A program made the translations under genes and the position numbers. Shown one piece after another: positions 1-9,573 of a stretch of DNA of 64,000 nt. How positions within the stretch are numbered: position 1 is the first letter of the stretch; each line of letters opens with the position of its first letter. The notes beneath the pieces were generated by a model, which saw nothing but the letters and a program-made list of their open reading frames with translations, had not been told where the DNA came from and did no database searches. Source of the stretch: Moraxella sp. (GTDB lineage: Bacteria; Pseudomonadota; Gammaproteobacteria; Pseudomonadales; Moraxellaceae). The stretch lies in the NCBI GenBank assembly GCA_030530785.1, contig JAUMUJ010000006.1:529-64528 (forward strand), read 5' to 3'.

Positions 1-14
1 ATAAACCAATTTAA

Positions 15-377
15 TTACCATACACTTTGTAGTTCTTTTTCCACATCAAATTTTTCCTGCTCATGTAATTTCATACACTTTGATGAATTATACTCGTTAA
101 CCAAAGCCTCCACACCATAGCGATGTATCTGCAAATCATCATTGACAACTTCATCACGTAAAAACATCATCTCTCTATCGGAGAGTGGCGGAATATTATT
201 TTGCACGGCATAATCTTTCATTTTACGAGCAACAATTGCAGCTGCTTCTGGTTTGTCTAGCTGAGATGCGACATACATACAGGAAAAATGAGCCTTAATA
301 ACCCCTCTTTCACTACTGCAAGCAGACAATAGACCCATGCAAATTACAGCGGTAAGACACAAAAATACTTTCATCAT
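15..377 (-). CDS. Small hypothetical lipoprotein (~120 aa)
   Basis: Start moved to ATG 377 (GGAG RBS ~6 nt upstream). N-terminus MMKVFLCLTAVICMGLLSAC has a lipobox (LSAC). Confidence 0.75.
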   Translation of the reverse strand: MMKVFLCLTAVICMGLLSACSSERGVIKAHFSCMYVASQLDKPEAAAIVARKMKDYAVQNNIPPLSDREMMFLRDEVVNDDLQIHRYGVEALVNEYNSSKCMKLHEQEKFDVEKELQSVW

Positions 378-399
378 AACTTTCTCCATCAAAAAAATA

Positions 400-429
400 A
401 TTTTCGTTTTTTTTTTTTTGATTTGTCAA
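400..429 (-). promoter_or_regulatory. Sigma70-type promoter with poly(A)13 in the -35/-10 spacer
   Basis: Minus strand reads TTGACA (429-424), aatc, A13, c, GAAAAT (405-400). Spacer is currently 18 nt. Confidence 0.6.
407..419. repeat. Homopolymer T13 (A13 on minus strand)
   Basis: Counted directly; the longest homopolymer I noticed in the window. Confidence 0.9.
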
Positions 430-439
430 GTTATTTTTT

Positions 440-1195
440 CTACGCCACATCCACCACAATCGGCTTGCCCTTATGCATGAGTACCGTAACATCTACGCCA
501 TAGAGCGTTTTCATGTTTTCCACCGTCAAAACATCCACAGGCTGACCGACCGACACCACCTCGCCACTTTTTATCATCACCACCGTATCGGCAAACTGGG
601 ACGCTTGGTTAATGTCGTGTAGCACAATGACCACCGTTTTGCCAGCATTTGCCAGCACTTTCATCTGTCTCATCAGTCGCCCTGCATGGTACATGTCCAG
701 ATTGTTCAAAGGCTCATCAAGGAGCAAATAAGGCGTGTCTTGGCACACCACCATCGCTATTAACACGCGCTGACGTTGACCGCCTGACAAATCCGACAAA
801 AACCGTTCGGCAAGTGGTTCAAGCTCAAAAGTCGCTATCATCTCCTCGACCTTGTCCTTGTCCGCCTGCGTGGGTCTGCCCTGATGATAAGGATAGCGTC
901 CAAACATGAGTAGCTCACGCACTCTAAGTCGCCCTTGAATGTGGCTTTCTTGGGTAAGCATGGCGACCACCTTTGCCATGTCAGCATCGCTTGTGGCGTT
1001 GATGTCATTGCCATCAAAGCTGATTTGCCCTGTCTGCAAGGGGTTCATGCGAGCCATGAGGCCAAACAACGTACTTTTACCCGCCCCGTTCGCTCCGATG
1101 AGTGCGATGATTTGCCCTGTGGCAAGCTCAAAGCTCACGTTTTTTAAAATGGGCAAATGACCGATACTGTGGCTGACGTTTTTTACTTTTATCAT
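440..1195 (-). CDS. Iron-siderophore ABC transporter ATP-binding protein (CeuD/FepC-like)
   Basis: Walker A GANGAGKST, signature LSGGQRQR, Walker B LLLDEP, and H-loop. Confidence 0.92.
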   Translation of the reverse strand: MIKVKNVSHSIGHLPILKNVSFELATGQIIALIGANGAGKSTLFGLMARMNPLQTGQISFDGNDINATSDADMAKVVAMLTQESHIQGRLRVRELLMFGRYPYHQGRPTQADKDKVEEMIATFELEPLAERFLSDLSGGQRQRVLIAMVVCQDTPYLLLDEPLNNLDMYHAGRLMRQMKVLANAGKTVVIVLHDINQASQFADTVVMIKSGEVVSVGQPVDVLTVENMKTLYGVDVTVLMHKGKPIVVDVA

Positions 1196-2166
1196 ACTCT
1201 TTTTCCTTTGTTATATTGCGTAAAAATCAATGCCAAAAACGCCACCCCGCCAAACAGTTCAATCACCACTTCAAGCACGCCTGCCATTTTAAAGATGTGT
1301 TCAAACACCGCCTGCCCGATGATGAGCGTGCTACTGGCGATGAGCGTTACCAAAATCAGTCGTTCGCCATGAGCCATTTTTGTGCAAAAACGATTGGTCA
1401 AAGCACACACAAGCAGTCCAAAAAAGGTAATCGGACCGACCAAAGCGGTCGCCATAGACACCAGTAGCGAGATGGTCATCAAAATACCAAGCGACAGTCT
1501 ATGATACGGCACGCCCAGCGAAATGGCACAATTTCTGCCCAAAAGTAGCACGTCCAACGCAAATCGCTGTCGCCATACATAAATAAAAGTCGCCACCGAC
1601 AGCACCATGCTTGTGATGAGCAAATTGACATTGACGGCGGTAAAACTGGCGTAACTGTTGGCTTGCACGGTGATAAATTCATCAGGATTTATCATGCGGG
1701 CGACCATGTAGGACAGACTTCTAAACAACGTCCCAAAAATCACGCCCACCAAGATGAGCCGTGTCAAATCCTGATTGTGCTTGGTAAACAAAAAGCGAAA
1801 CAGCATGACCGACAACAACATCATCACCGCCACTTCAAAAGCGAATTTGCCCACCGTTGGCAAGCTGACATAACTGACCATGCCCAAAAAAAACAACATC
1901 AGACTTTGTATCAGCACATATAAGGCATCAAAGCCGAGCAAACTTGGCGTTAAAATGGGGTTGTGTGTCAAAGTCTGAAACAGCAAAGTAGATACCCCCA
2001 CCGCATAGCCCACCACCAAAAAGGCGATGAGCTTCTTAGCACGCAAGGGCAGAGCAAAATCCCAACTGATGACGTTTAGGGTCAAATATAGCCCACAACC
2101 AATCATAAGCACGATAAACGCACACAAAATAGGATTGCTCAATAACTTTTTTATAAAATTCATCAC
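1192..2166 (-). CDS. Iron-siderophore ABC transporter permease, FecCD family (CeuC/FatC-like)
   Basis: Multi-TM; FQTLTHNPILTPSLLG and LVGPITFFGL motifs; ATGA overlap with the ATPase gene. Confidence 0.9.
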   Translation of the reverse strand: MMNFIKKLLSNPILCAFIVLMIGCGLYLTLNVISWDFALPLRAKKLIAFLVVGYAVGVSTLLFQTLTHNPILTPSLLGFDALYVLIQSLMLFFLGMVSYVSLPTVGKFAFEVAVMMLLSVMLFRFLFTKHNQDLTRLILVGVIFGTLFRSLSYMVARMINPDEFITVQANSYASFTAVNVNLLITSMVLSVATFIYVWRQRFALDVLLLGRNCAISLGVPYHRLSLGILMTISLLVSMATALVGPITFFGLLVCALTNRFCTKMAHGERLILVTLIASSTLIIGQAVFEHIFKMAGVLEVVIELFGGVAFLALIFTQYNKGKRV

Positions 2167-2172
2167 ACGCCC

Positions 2173-3162
2173 CTATTTTGATTTTGACAAAAGCCACAAA
2201 AACAGTGCCGACCCCAGCACGCCAAAGACGACATAGACAGGGATTTCAAAGGGATAGCGTATCACACGCCCGATAATATCACACAGTAGCACACAAGACG
2301 CACCGAGCAGAGCCACCGCAGGCAAGGATACCCGCAAACGGTCGCCCACCAGACGACTGATGATGTTTGGCACCACAAGCCCCACAAAGCTAATCGCCCC
2401 CACCGTTACCACCACCACCGCACTAATCATCGCCACCATGCCTATTGCCAGCCACATGACAGCGTCTTTATTTACTCCTAGATTTTTGGCGATGCCGTCT
2501 CCTAGCCCGATGATGGTCAGCCTGTCTGCCATGACATAAGCGATGGCGGACAAAATCCCAACGAGCCACAAAGTCTCATACCGCCCTGCCAGTACACTTG
2601 AAAAATCGCCAAACCGCCACACCGACAGCATTTGCACCGTCTCGGTCTGATATGCCAAAAACAGCGTAAACGAATCAATAATCCCACCAAACACAATCCC
2701 CACAAGCGGAATGATAAGAAAGTCTGTGGGCGGTAAGCGTTTAATAATCTGCATAAAAATCATCATGCCACCAAACGCCATGACCGTTGCCACGCTCATC
2801 TTAGCCAATAGGGGCAAGGCTGGCAGATATAGGCTGGTCAGCAAAATCCCAAGCACCGCCGACTGCGTTGCCCCCACCATAGACGGCTCAACAAAGCGGT
2901 TTTTTAGCACAACCTGCATCATCATGCCCGCTATCGCCATGCTCGCCCCTGTGAGTATCAAAGCAAGCGTGCGGGGCAAACGACTCACCAAAAAAAGCTG
3001 TGAGCTGTTGTCAGTGTCATCAAAGAGTTTTGTCCATGAAAAATCCGCCACCCCCACCGAAATACTGACGACAATCAAAACAAACAAAAGCAATAATGCA
3101 CCAACATTGACAAATGCTGGCGACCACCAAGATTTCGGGGCAGAGAGTGTCGCTGTGGTCAT
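2173..3162 (-). CDS. Iron-siderophore ABC transporter permease, FecCD family (CeuB/FatD-like)
   Basis: SRLPRT, MQVVLKNRFVEPS and VGAISFVGLVVPN motifs. Start probably ATG 3162 rather than 3258. Confidence 0.9.
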   Translation of the reverse strand: MTTATLSAPKSWWSPAFVNVGALLLLFVLIVVSISVGVADFSWTKLFDDTDNSSQLFLVSRLPRTLALILTGASMAIAGMMMQVVLKNRFVEPSMVGATQSAVLGILLTSLYLPALPLLAKMSVATVMAFGGMMIFMQIIKRLPPTDFLIIPLVGIVFGGIIDSFTLFLAYQTETVQMLSVWRFGDFSSVLAGRYETLWLVGILSAIAYVMADRLTIIGLGDGIAKNLGVNKDAVMWLAIGMVAMISAVVVVTVGAISFVGLVVPNIISRLVGDRLRVSLPAVALLGASCVLLCDIIGRVIRYPFEIPVYVVFGVLGSALFLWLLSKSK

Positions 3163-3301
3163 AGAGTTCCTAAGTGATAATTCCCAAGATGTAAAGGTAG
3201 AGCAAATGGGCTGATAATTTTTTAAAATGCATTGTAGGAGTGAACCACATTCGCCCATACGGATACCAATTTAAAGTTTTTTGATTGCATTTTAAATCGG
3301 C

Positions 3302-3323
3302 AAAAGGGCGAATAAATCCGCCC
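3302..3323 (-). terminator. Short hairpin (terminator or mRNA stabiliser) after the binding-protein gene
   Basis: GGGCG-N8-CGCCC followed by TTTT on the minus strand. Confidence 0.4.
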
Positions 3324-3344
3324 CCTTGTCAGACCCAACATCAA

Positions 3345-4346
3345 TTACTGAGCTGTTTTTGCATTAAAGGCATCGGCGACAATCTTAGCATCTTTTAACC
3401 ATTGATAATAACCACCAAAGGCAAGGTATGAGTCTGGACTGACATAGACAATTTGGTTATTCTTATAGGCTTTGGTGTTGTGCATGAGCGGGTTGTTTAG
3501 CACTTCTTGGGCGGACACACCCTCTTCACCAACGGCTGATGTACGATCTAGCACAAACAGCCAATCAGGGTCAATTTTTTGGATATATTCAAAGCTGATG
3601 GGCTGACCATGACGTTCTTCGTTTTTGTTCACGTCAGCATCTGCCATCGGAATGCCAAAGGTGGTGTGCAGATAGCCATAGCGTGAGTTTTTGCCATAGG
3701 CACTCATTTTGTTGCCATTGATAAGAATGGCAAGTCCATTGCCTTTACCCTCCACCGCTTTTTTGGTGTCGGCGATGGCATTATCAATGTCGGCGATGAG
3801 TTTGTCGGCTTCAGCAGTTTTACCAAAAATCTTACCAAAATCCGTGATTTGCTGTTTGCTGGACGCATAGACATCATTGGTATCAATGGTTAAGTTATAA
3901 GTCGGGGCAACTTTGGCAAGCTCATCGGCGTGTTTTGCCATACGAGACCCCACAAAAACCGCTTGGGGTTTTAGTCCGTGCAAGGCTTCTAGGTTTGGCT
4001 CAAACAACGTCCCAACGCTTGTGCCGTCTGGCGTGCCGTCCGCTTTTAGGTTTAAGGTGGCGATACGCTCGGCGGTCATCTCAGCCGATGGCATACCCTG
4101 CACCGCCACGCCTAAGGCTTTGAGATTTTGTAGGGCGGTCATGTCATAGACAGCGATGGGGTTGGGGTTGGCAGGGATAGTCTGTTCGCCTGTGGCGGTG
4201 TTAATGGTCATGTCGCCTGTGGCGGGAGTGTCGGAGGGCTTGGTTTGTGTTGATTGGGCATTTTGCTCGGTAGGCTTGTCTTGGTTGCAGGCGGTCAAAC
4301 CCAAAACCGCCATCAAAGTAAGTGCCAAAGTGGTTACTTTCATCAT
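3345..4346 (-). CDS. Siderophore ABC transporter substrate-binding lipoprotein (CeuE/FatB-like)
   Basis: Lipobox LTAC; VGTLFEPNLE, HGQPISFEYI and DPDWLFVLDR motifs. Confidence 0.92.
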   Translation of the reverse strand: MMKVTTLALTLMAVLGLTACNQDKPTEQNAQSTQTKPSDTPATGDMTINTATGEQTIPANPNPIAVYDMTALQNLKALGVAVQGMPSAEMTAERIATLNLKADGTPDGTSVGTLFEPNLEALHGLKPQAVFVGSRMAKHADELAKVAPTYNLTIDTNDVYASSKQQITDFGKIFGKTAEADKLIADIDNAIADTKKAVEGKGNGLAILINGNKMSAYGKNSRYGYLHTTFGIPMADADVNKNEERHGQPISFEYIQKIDPDWLFVLDRTSAVGEEGVSAQEVLNNPLMHNTKAYKNNQIVYVSPDSYLAFGGYYQWLKDAKIVADAFNAKTAQ

Positions 4347-4401
4347 TCATCTCCTATTATGGGACTGCTTTGGCAACACGCCACCAAAGCAAAAACGCCC
4401 C

Positions 4402-4450
4402 ATCATAACAAATTTTTGGGGCGTTTGCAATGAAAATGAGAATTTTTAGC
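4402..4450 (-). promoter_or_regulatory. Iron-operon promoter with adjacent Fur box
   Basis: -35 TTGCAA (4430-4425), 17 nt, TGt-TATGAT (-10 at 4407-4402). GAAAATGAGAATTTTTAGC at 4432-4450 matches 14/19 of the Fur consensus GATAATGATAATCATTATC. Confidence 0.75.
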
Positions 4451-7382
4451 TTTTGTGATATGGCTTTAACAAACGTTTAATAATATCCACCACCCTATCA
4501 CTCTCAAACTGCGTAACAAATCTCACATTCATCGCCCCTTGCTCATTCATGGCATTAAACCACCGCTCGGCGTGTCTGATTTTTTGGTTTTCTTTTTGGC
4601 GTAACTCGTCTTTATCTTTTACGCCTTTGCTTTCTAGCACCAAGTTTAGCACATCGCCCTTAGCGGTTTTGACAATATAAGCAAAATCAGGCGAATAAGT
4701 CTCCCCACCTGCCACAGGGATTTTTATGGCGTTTTTGGGAATTTTGGTAAAAACAACGACTTCTTGCACGTCTTCTGCGGTTACGTTTTGACCTTCAATA
4801 TTACTGTCAAAAAACACCCGCTCAAACAAAAAACTCTCAAACGGTTTATTGTCGGTCAGCACACCCCAATCTTGATTAATGTTAATCTCAGGCAACGGCA
4901 AGCCGTTTTTGTCGGTGAGTTTGGTTGGGTGAATTTGATTGCTGATTTTTTGATAGCCAATTTCAAATTTATTTAAAGAATATTTCAATAAATAATCATT
5001 AAATCCTTTATCAATCATTCTCACTGTCTCATCATTCATAAACTTATCAATGGCAATGTCATTTTTTAATTCAAAAAATGCTTGGTGCAATGTCGTCATC
5101 TTGATATAGGATTTTTGAGAAAGTTTTTGTAAAAATTGACGATAATTTAAAGTAACAATCGGCTCAAATAGTGCATTTTCTATGCTTTCATTGATTTTAA
5201 AATCAATGAGTTTATCTGCCGTTTTTATCATCTCTTGGGTTTTTGTACTAATGCCCGTCATGGTAAATTTTGCTTTATTTTGACCCAAAAAATCCACCAA
5301 TAAAGACAAAATGTCCTGCTCGCTCATCTGATATTGCAAAATTGCCTTTTGGTTTATCGCTTCCCACAAGGATTTTAATTCATCGTATTTGCCTGTACGC
5401 ATGGCGACTTTGGTTTTTTGTTTATCATCACTACTTGCTATTTTTCCTTGTTTTAAGGTATTATAATTAAAGGCATTTGGGAATTTTTGTTTGATTGTCT
5501 CATACGCTCCTGCCAACAATTTATCATCGTCATCAATTAACCCAAGCTCGTATAATTCATTTGCCAGTACTCTTCTTTTAACATCTGGATAAGCCGATTG
5601 TATTTTTTGAAATAAATAATCATCAAACACCACAGGGATTATTTCACGCTCGGCAGTTTTATTAATGTCCGCTTTTAATTGCACAACAAAATCACGTTCA
5701 CTACTATCCACAAAATAATTTAATTTAAAATCAGTATCCTTAACACGGCTCATAAATTCATTTACAGGCAATCTTAGCCCCCGACCCACTTCTTGTAATT
5801 TACTCGTTTCTGAACCGCTAGAACGCAATTTGCAAATACCAAATACATTAGGATTATCCCACCCTTCACGAAGTGTCCATTTTGAAAAAATAAAACGGCG
5901 TGGATTATCCAATGACAACAAACTTTCTTTATCGTGCAAAATCTCGCCAATTTCTTTGGCGATTTTTTCATCATCACTACTGTTATCTTTTGAAAAATAA
6001 CCGCCATGCGTTGCCGATACGTCCGCCAACACCATTTGCAACGAACGATAAAAATCCGTGCCTATCATCGCCTGTTCTAGGGCTTTTTTAGCTTCGTCTT
6101 TGACTATTATTTCAAAATCGCTTTTTAAACTCCCAACAATATCATCGCCGTCTCGGTATCCCTTAATGTTATCAATAAAAAATAAGGTCAATGGCTTGAT
6201 TTTATCCATACGATTTAATAATGCTTTTTCGGTTTCAAAATGCACCCTGACTGCTTTTCTTATCATGGCATGAAATACCGTATTAGCATAAGAAAAAGGA
6301 TTGATATGATTTCCTGTTTTTAATTCTATGCCATTACTTAATATAACCCTGCCTGATTTTAAGTCTTGCAAGTACAACTCATCAATATGATGATGAATTT
6401 TTTGTAAATTATCGCCTTTATTTAAAATAAATCTTGCATTTGATTTTTTGCTTTCTATTAATTCAAAAATAGCCTGCTTGGTATCACTCTCCACCAGTTT
6501 TATTTTTGTGCCGTCATCGCCTTGAATGTCTGTAATGTGAGCAATCACACCTTTGACCAAATCCTGATTAAAAGCATCAATGGCACTTAACCGATAAATC
6601 AAATTTTTAAATCTATCATTAAATGTCGCCCCATAACGCAATATGTATTGGGGATTTAGACTTAATAATGATTGCCATGTTTTGTTATTATCATCAAATC
6701 GGTGTGGCTCATCAATAATCAATATCGGATTGACCGAACCAATCGCTTCAAAAGGCTTATCAAATTTATCTTTTAATAAAATACTGCCGTCATTACCACT
6801 ATCTTCGCCTTTCATGGTTTTGCTATTGACCATGCCCATATTTAATAATAATACATGAATTTTTTGGACATTATCAGCTTGTACAAATCGCACAATCTCG
6901 CTTGGCATGGGATTTGTGCGTTTGCCCTTTTTGGTCTTTTGACTTTCTACGACATATAGTTCAATTTCGGCTTGTCCATATTCCAAATTAAAATCCAATC
7001 TAAAATGATTTTTTAAAGCGTCCGATTTTAAAAACTGCTCCGTCCCTGCTTTAATGGATAAAGTCGGTACGACAATCACAAATTTATAAATACCCAATCT
7101 TTTATGCAATTCATACATGGTTTGGGTATAGGTATAAGTTTTGCCCGTGCCTGTCTCCATAGAAATGTCTAAGACATTGCTATAATCAGGCGATTTATCT
7201 ATTTGATTATCCGATTGGATTTGGTGAATGTTATTTTTATAACGCTCGCCCATAAAAGACAATGTGGGATTTTCTCCCCTGTCATTGTCTTTTTTATGGA
7301 CATTATCAAAAACACTTAATACCGCATTTACCGCCCCGATTTGGTGTGGCAAGTTTTTTTCGTAATGAAATCCTTTTTTCAT
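4446..7382 (-). CDS. res: Type III restriction-modification endonuclease subunit Res
   Basis: SF2 helicase motifs METGTGKT, IDEPH, LREGWDNPNVF and QEVGRGLRL; C-terminal PD-(D/E)xK (YSPDF...LESK); overlaps mod. Confidence 0.95.
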   Translation of the reverse strand: MKKGFHYEKNLPHQIGAVNAVLSVFDNVHKKDNDRGENPTLSFMGERYKNNIHQIQSDNQIDKSPDYSNVLDISMETGTGKTYTYTQTMYELHKRLGIYKFVIVVPTLSIKAGTEQFLKSDALKNHFRLDFNLEYGQAEIELYVVESQKTKKGKRTNPMPSEIVRFVQADNVQKIHVLLLNMGMVNSKTMKGEDSGNDGSILLKDKFDKPFEAIGSVNPILIIDEPHRFDDNNKTWQSLLSLNPQYILRYGATFNDRFKNLIYRLSAIDAFNQDLVKGVIAHITDIQGDDGTKIKLVESDTKQAIFELIESKKSNARFILNKGDNLQKIHHHIDELYLQDLKSGRVILSNGIELKTGNHINPFSYANTVFHAMIRKAVRVHFETEKALLNRMDKIKPLTLFFIDNIKGYRDGDDIVGSLKSDFEIIVKDEAKKALEQAMIGTDFYRSLQMVLADVSATHGGYFSKDNSSDDEKIAKEIGEILHDKESLLSLDNPRRFIFSKWTLREGWDNPNVFGICKLRSSGSETSKLQEVGRGLRLPVNEFMSRVKDTDFKLNYFVDSSERDFVVQLKADINKTAEREIIPVVFDDYLFQKIQSAYPDVKRRVLANELYELGLIDDDDKLLAGAYETIKQKFPNAFNYNTLKQGKIASSDDKQKTKVAMRTGKYDELKSLWEAINQKAILQYQMSEQDILSLLVDFLGQNKAKFTMTGISTKTQEMIKTADKLIDFKINESIENALFEPIVTLNYRQFLQKLSQKSYIKMTTLHQAFFELKNDIAIDKFMNDETVRMIDKGFNDYLLKYSLNKFEIGYQKISNQIHPTKLTDKNGLPLPEININQDWGVLTDNKPFESFLFERVFFDSNIEGQNVTAEDVQEVVVFTKIPKNAIKIPVAGGETYSPDFAYIVKTAKGDVLNLVLESKGVKDKDELRQKENQKIRHAERWFNAMNEQGAMNVRFVTQFESDRVVDIIKRLLKPYHKS

Positions 7383-9325
7383 AGCACTCTGACCACCAAA
7401 TGAATGTTTAGGTTCTTTTTATTATTATACGTTGTTAATGCCTGTGCCAATTCTTTTTGTTTGGCACTGTCCACACTAAGCCCAAATAATACAATCCGCT
7501 CTATCAAAAATGATTTGTCATTATCCAATTTATCAAGCAAGGCTTTAATATGAACGCTATCAAAATCAAGATAAATGATATATAAGGTTTTATCGCATAA
7601 ATAAGCGGTATAATCTGCCAAATTGATACTTTGTGCTTTATCCGTCAAAACATGACCGTCATATACTCGCCATGTTGTCAAAAGCGTGTGGTATTCATCA
7701 TCGCTAAATGTATGGCTAAATAAATCAGGCAAGGCAGTTTGTGGGTTTATCTCATTATCATCAATCGCCAAAAAGTTATCCACCGTCTCAAAAATTTTAA
7801 ATCCCAAATCGCCTGTATAATCGGGATTTTCGCTTTGTATTTTTTGGGCGGAGCGGATAATACGTTCTTTGGTAATCTCAAAAATTGTATCAAACCCCGC
7901 TTTATGGGCTTCTTTTTTTGACTTTTCATCAAGTTGAACTAAAATAAATTGACGATTACCCTTATCTTCGGCATTTAATTGCATGACTGCATGAGCAGTT
8001 GTACCCGAACCTGCAAAAAAGTCTAGGATTATGTCGTTCTTATCTTGCATCATCTGTAAAAAATACTTAATTAAAATTGATGATTTTGGGTAGTCAAAAT
8101 ATTTTCCACCATCAAAAATATCTTTTACTTCCAATGAACCCAATTCTGTTCTACCCAATTTTGAATCAATAATAGAAAATGGTTTTTTACCATCATCTTC
8201 ATTACGATATAATTTTTTATGCAATTTGTATTCACCTGCCACAATAGCAACCTTTAATTTATGTCGTTCATTCATCATTTTCAATTTTGACCACGTCCAA
8301 CGCCCCAAAACACCTTTTGTCTGATAAGGAATGATTTTGATGATATCCTGATGATTTGATATTTGTGAAATTTCTTCATCTATATATATCTCTTCTGTTT
8401 TTGTATCAAAATATACAGGAAAATGCAATGTTGGAACATCTTCCATTTTTCCACCAATCCCACGCTTCCATAAACGCTCAATATAAAAATATCCTAACTC
8501 ATCTTGTTTAGTGTATTTTTCATCTAACTCTTCATCAGATAATGGAAATCTTGAAATAATAGCACGATTGGTTTTTCTGTAAACAAAACAGTACTGATGT
8601 TGCTGTGCAAAATCATTTGAGCTTTGAGAGCCTGCTGGTGCTACATTAACAATTAATTCAGCAATAAAATTCTCTTCCCCAAAAATTTCATCACATAATA
8701 ATTTTAATTGAGCTTGTTCATTATCATCAATGCTGATAAATATCACGCCGTCATCTTTTAATAATTCACGGGCGATATAAAGACGGGGATACATAAAGGT
8801 TAGCCAAGCACTATGAGAATTGGATTTTTTGGCAGTAAAATCAAGCACTCTTTTGGCTTCATCCAATGACATATCGGCAAGCTGTGCCAGTTGCTCGGGC
8901 GTGAATTTACGGTCATCTTGATAAACAAAACCGTCCGACCCTGTATTATAGGGCGGGTCTATGTATATCATTTTTACCGCTCTTTGATAGGCGTTTTTTA
9001 GGTGTTTTAATACTTCTAAATTATCGCCTTTGATAAGTAGGTTTTGGCTATTGATATTTTGGGGAGCTTGATTGTGCGATTGATTTTCGCCAAATAAGGT
9101 AATGGGCGGACAATCACGCAAATAACGGGCATAGGATTTGCCAAGCCAATTTAATTGATAAAATTCACGACTGCTAACAATGTCTGATGATTGTAATTCA
9201 CTTGCCATTTTTTCGGGTAAAAAATGACCGTCTTTATCAAAACAGTTGGGGAAATGCTCTTTTAAAAGGGTAAGTTTTTCGTTTTGGGTAGGATTATTTT
9301 GGTCAAAAAGTTTTTGGATAATCAT
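7379..9325 (-). CDS. mod: Type III R-M adenine methyltransferase subunit Mod
   Basis: IYIDPPYNTG (motif IV), central variable TRD, ILDFFAGSGTT (motif I); lies upstream of res. Confidence 0.95.
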   Translation of the reverse strand: MIIQKLFDQNNPTQNEKLTLLKEHFPNCFDKDGHFLPEKMASELQSSDIVSSREFYQLNWLGKSYARYLRDCPPITLFGENQSHNQAPQNINSQNLLIKGDNLEVLKHLKNAYQRAVKMIYIDPPYNTGSDGFVYQDDRKFTPEQLAQLADMSLDEAKRVLDFTAKKSNSHSAWLTFMYPRLYIARELLKDDGVIFISIDDNEQAQLKLLCDEIFGEENFIAELIVNVAPAGSQSSNDFAQQHQYCFVYRKTNRAIISRFPLSDEELDEKYTKQDELGYFYIERLWKRGIGGKMEDVPTLHFPVYFDTKTEEIYIDEEISQISNHQDIIKIIPYQTKGVLGRWTWSKLKMMNERHKLKVAIVAGEYKLHKKLYRNEDDGKKPFSIIDSKLGRTELGSLEVKDIFDGGKYFDYPKSSILIKYFLQMMQDKNDIILDFFAGSGTTAHAVMQLNAEDKGNRQFILVQLDEKSKKEAHKAGFDTIFEITKERIIRSAQKIQSENPDYTGDLGFKIFETVDNFLAIDDNEINPQTALPDLFSHTFSDDEYHTLLTTWRVYDGHVLTDKAQSINLADYTAYLCDKTLYIIYLDFDSVHIKALLDKLDNDKSFLIERIVLFGLSVDSAKQKELAQALTTYNNKKNLNIHLVVRVL

Positions 9326-9373
9326 GACAAATCCCCTTTGATAGGTTGGGGATTTTGGGCATGGTTATGGCTT

Positions 9374-9438
9374 AATTGCGAATTGCGAATTGCGAGTTAC
9401 CGCGTGCAGGAGAGGAAAAGAAAATCGAATTGCGAATT
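9374..9438. repeat. Interrupted heptamer repeat (AATTGCG)n in the mod 5' leader
   Basis: AATTGCG x3 at 9374-9394, ~31 nt of unrelated sequence, then CGAATTGCGAATT at 9426-9438. Confidence 0.8.
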
Positions 9439-9466
9439 ATTGTAATGGCAGTTTTGATGATGTCAA
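9439..9466 (-). promoter_or_regulatory. Sigma70 promoter of mod-res
   Basis: TTGACA (9466-9461), 16 nt, TACAAT (9444-9439). Confidence 0.7.
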
Positions 9467-9573
9467 GGAACATGACGATTTTTCCAAAAATTTTTAACCT
9501 TTTATTCTAGCACAGTTTATCTGATTTTTGAAGAATGCTGATGGGGCATTTTAACCAAAAAACACCCATCTCA

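Noticed and set aside
9374-9438. Repeat-spacer-repeat look as a possible CRISPR array
   Set aside because: The unit is a 7-nt tandem repeat with one interruption; no 23-47 nt direct repeats and no cas genes in the window.
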